Positions 61,414 to 64,000 of a stretch of 64,000 nt of DNA are shown here, piece after piece. Origin of the DNA: Longimicrobiales bacterium (GTDB taxonomy: Bacteria > Gemmatimonadota > Gemmatimonadetes > Longimicrobiales > Gaopeijiaceae); NCBI GenBank assembly GCA_963664435.2, contig CAXXKM010000003.1, positions 320,001-384,000 on the forward strand, read 5' to 3'. Positions within the stretch are counted from its first letter, which is position 1. Every line of letters starts with the position of its first letter. The translations under genes were made by a program, and so were the position numbers. Under the pieces are notes generated by a model that was not told the origin of the DNA, made no database searches, and was given only the letters and a program-made list of their open reading frames with translations.

Positions 61414-62931
61414 TCATCGCGATCCCCGCCCTGCGCCGACGCTAATCCCCCGGCTAATAAGCACGTCGCCGCTGTTGAAATCCGCCTTCCCGGCGACAGC
61501 TTCCGCATCCATGTATTGTACCCGTATATTGTCGGCCAGTTCGGCTTCAAGGATCTCCAGGAACATGTCTACGTAGTTGGGACCTGAGGATGGTCGGAGC
61601 CGGCGATTGAAGAGAACGACGTAGTTGATCCCGTTTCCGCGTTGCAATGCCAGCGTGTTCGTGCCGTCGAGGCTTCCCGTATGGTACCACCACCACCCCG
61701 GTCCTTCTCGCCCTGCGCGGCGGCGACCAATGTCGTCGCCAAAGACGACGAAGGCATCAAGAAACGCCAATATCGCGCGCGTGGACGCCACCAGACCGCC
61801 ATGGGCGATCTTGGCCTCGTGGTCCCACCCTCCTTCCGGGCACCAAACATCAGGCCCCGACGGGTCGAAAACGTTCCGGCATCTGAACACCCCGTCGTAC
61901 CAAGGCTCCCGGAGGCTTCGGTGCTTCGGGAAAGTCCGCCCTTGAATGAGGTCGCCTCGAGGAACGCCGAGCGGATCGAAGATGTTCTCAAGCACATAGG
62001 TCATGTAGTCCTTGCCTGACACGTCTTCGATAATGAGGCTTAGTACAAGGTATCCGATATTCGAGTAGGCGCGCCTGGAACCCGGACTGAACTGGAGGGG
62101 CTGACCCAAGACAAAGCGCACAGTGTTCGCGCGTCCCGGCGGACTCACGACCGATAGTGCTGCCGCGATTTCGATCTCCCGAAACGCGAAGTCCGGAGCG
62201 ATGTCCCGGTCCCAACCACCCCGGTGCTGAAGCAGGTGCAAGACGGTAATTTCGGCCAGCCGCCCATCGCCCAGTTGAGGGAATGGATCGAGTTTCAGCA
62301 ACCCGCCTCCGGTTTGCCCCAGATCGAAGACGCGGTCGTTCAGCGCCAGCATCCCATCGCTCACAAGCTTATGGATCGCGGCAGCCGTAATGGGCTTCGT
62401 AACACTCGCGAGCCTCATCATCATGTCCTGCCGTACGGGCACCCGGCGCTGAGCGTCCATGTAGCCGACGGCTCCATCATATATGATCTCGCCTTGCTCC
62501 ATGACACCCAACACCGCGGCTCCGATGCCGTGCAGCTCGATGAACCGTTGTAGCAGCCCCGTGAAGTCGAGGACTCTGACCACCGCAGATCCTGACGTAG
62601 ACCCGGCGCTGGCCGTGATCGTCGTCGTTCCGTTGCCCGCCGCCGTCACCAGCCCCGACCCGTCCACCGTCGCCACCGAGGCGTTGCTGCTTGACCACGA
62701 CACCGTCGCCCCAGACATCGCGTTGCCGCTCTGGTCGCGCACCTCCGCCGTCAGTTGAACGGATGCGCCGAGCGCGGAGAACTCCGCCCTGGTCGGGCTT
62801 ACCACCACCGTTGTGGGACGAGGCGTATCCGCCGGCGGCGCAATGGGGCTGTCACCGTCCCCGCATCCCTTGGTCAGGGCCACGACCGCTAACAGGGCGC
62901 ACAGCCGGATCAGCGGTCGGTAACGACTCAT
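61414..62931 (-). CDS. Lipoprotein with Ig-like (BIG2) domain and serine hydrolase (beta-lactamase family) domain
   Basis: Lipobox-like TKGC, WSSSNASVATVD.SGLVTA, ASVTK, LLQH, YSN, HTGS. Confidence 0.88.
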   Translation of the reverse strand: MSRYRPLIRLCALLAVVALTKGCGDGDSPIAPPADTPRPTTVVVSPTRAEFSALGASVQLTAEVRDQSGNAMSGATVSWSSSNASVATVDGSGLVTAAGNGTTTITASAGSTSGSAVVRVLDFTGLLQRFIELHGIGAAVLGVMEQGEIIYDGAVGYMDAQRRVPVRQDMMMRLASVTKPITAAAIHKLVSDGMLALNDRVFDLGQTGGGLLKLDPFPQLGDGRLAEITVLHLLQHRGGWDRDIAPDFAFREIEIAAALSVVSPPGRANTVRFVLGQPLQFSPGSRRAYSNIGYLVLSLIIEDVSGKDYMTYVLENIFDPLGVPRGDLIQGRTFPKHRSLREPWYDGVFRCRNVFDPSGPDVWCPEGGWDHEAKIAHGGLVASTRAILAFLDAFVVFGDDIGRRRAGREGPGWWWYHTGSLDGTNTLALQRGNGINYVVLFNRRLRPSSGPNYVDMFLEILEAELADNIRVQYMDAEAVAGKADFNSGDVLISRGISVGAGRGSR

Positions 62932-63371
62932 GGATTGGTCGTTGCGGACGAGTATTCGGCGTATGGTTTGCGCGAGCAGTGAAGAGGGCGTCACGAAGAG
63001 CGTCATCGCCAGCAAGAATCCCCTGGTTGCGGCGCGCATTGTCGATCCCCTCACGGGTGGTGGGTTCCCCGGCGCCTCGCCGCTGCTGCGGGTCGCCGTG
63101 TAGCTCGGCATGTCCTCCCGCGCCGATCCATCGGTGGCGCGCGTACACCCTGTCGTGGCCATCATATCGCGCGGTCCGTTGACGTGCGATCGGAGCGACA
63201 CGCAGCAGGTCAGCCGTATGATAGTAACACGATGATGCCAGGCTCAGGCGCAAGATCGCCCGTTGTCCACATGGCCCGACCCCCGATACATTCGACCGCC
63301 TCACACACCAGGTACTGCTGATTCGACCGGAGGGCCGCCGAATGATATAGGGGCCAGCACCCGCACGGCCC

Positions 63372-64000
63372 CTACTGCGGCCGGAGGACTTCCCGAAACA
63401 CCCGAAGGAAGTTGCCGCCGAGCAACTTGGCCAGGTCTTCCTCGCTCCAGCCTCGGGCCCGTAGCCGGGCCGTGAGCCGCACCCAGCGATCGAGAGCGGC
63501 GAGATCAGCGCTTGCGTAGTGGTGCGAACTCGGTTCCCAACCGTCCACGTATGTGTCCGTCGCGATTCCGACGTGGTCGATTCCGACCAGCGACACGATG
63601 TACTCGATGTGGGCGATCATGTCGTCCATGCCGGTGACGCCGTCGCCGTCGGTGTCGAGAAAGAGCCTGATAGGTGTCACCCCGATCACGCCGCCAGTGG
63701 CAGCGATGGCCATCAACTCCTCGTCGGTCTTGTTGCGCTCGTAGGGGTCGTCGGTCAGAGCCTTGGCGTTCGCGTGGTTGGCGAGGATCGGCTTTGTTGA
63801 CGTGGATGCCGCGTCGAGCGTCGTCTGCCGGTTGCAGTGCGAACAGTCCACGACCATCCCCAGTTGGTTCATTTCGGAAATAGCCAGGCGGCCGAGATCC
63901 GTGACGCCGTTCTCGTCTCCCTCCCCCGCGCCGTATCCGAGCCGCTCATCCGGCCCTCTCGCATCCTCTCGGTGACTGCCGTAGGCGATCTGCAAGACCC
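63372..64000 (-). CDS. Membrane dipeptidase (peptidase M19), 5' end outside window
   Basis: EMNQLGMVVDCSH, RNKTDE, DHVGIATD, KLLGGNFLRV. Confidence 0.92.
   Translation of the reverse strand, partial: VLQIAYGSHREDARGPDERLGYGAGEGDENGVTDLGRLAISEMNQLGMVVDCSHCNRQTTLDAASTSTKPILANHANAKALTDDPYERNKTDEELMAIAATGGVIGVTPIRLFLDTDGDGVTGMDDMIAHIEYIVSLVGIDHVGIATDTYVDGWEPSSHHYASADLAALDRWVRLTARLRARGWSEEDLAKLLGGNFLRVFREVLRPQ

Overview
High-GC bacterial chromosome segment; gene content and order suggest Gemmatimonadota, possibly host/sponge-associated (inference). 1-38.6 kb is housekeeping: recR-ybaB-dnaX-SRP RNA, yraN, hutUH, mgtE-ybeY-7TM-HD-phoH-aspS, rlmN, lepB, yqeK, rqcH, trpA-trpB-trpCF, lexA, trpD, truA-tal-purB-purC-pssA-purSQL-purF, tRNA-Ser(TGA). 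After the tRNA lies a mosaic accessory region with secreted proteins, three hicAB remnants, an OLD-nuclease remnant plus UvrD helicase, a NucS-like nuclease and an IS110 fragment. Main observation: a ~4.1-kb tyrosine-recombinase element splits an SRPBCC gene between two identical 9-bp repeats, and excision would restore the frame. The element carries an oriT-like hairpin and a cargo gene held out of frame by a (GGCTC)26 tract. Also notable: a candidate direct-repeat SOS box over the lexA promoter, an SRP RNA with a pentaloop instead of GNRA, and a gene apparently captured by duplication of an operon's 5' end. All calls come from reading motifs by eye; no searches were run.
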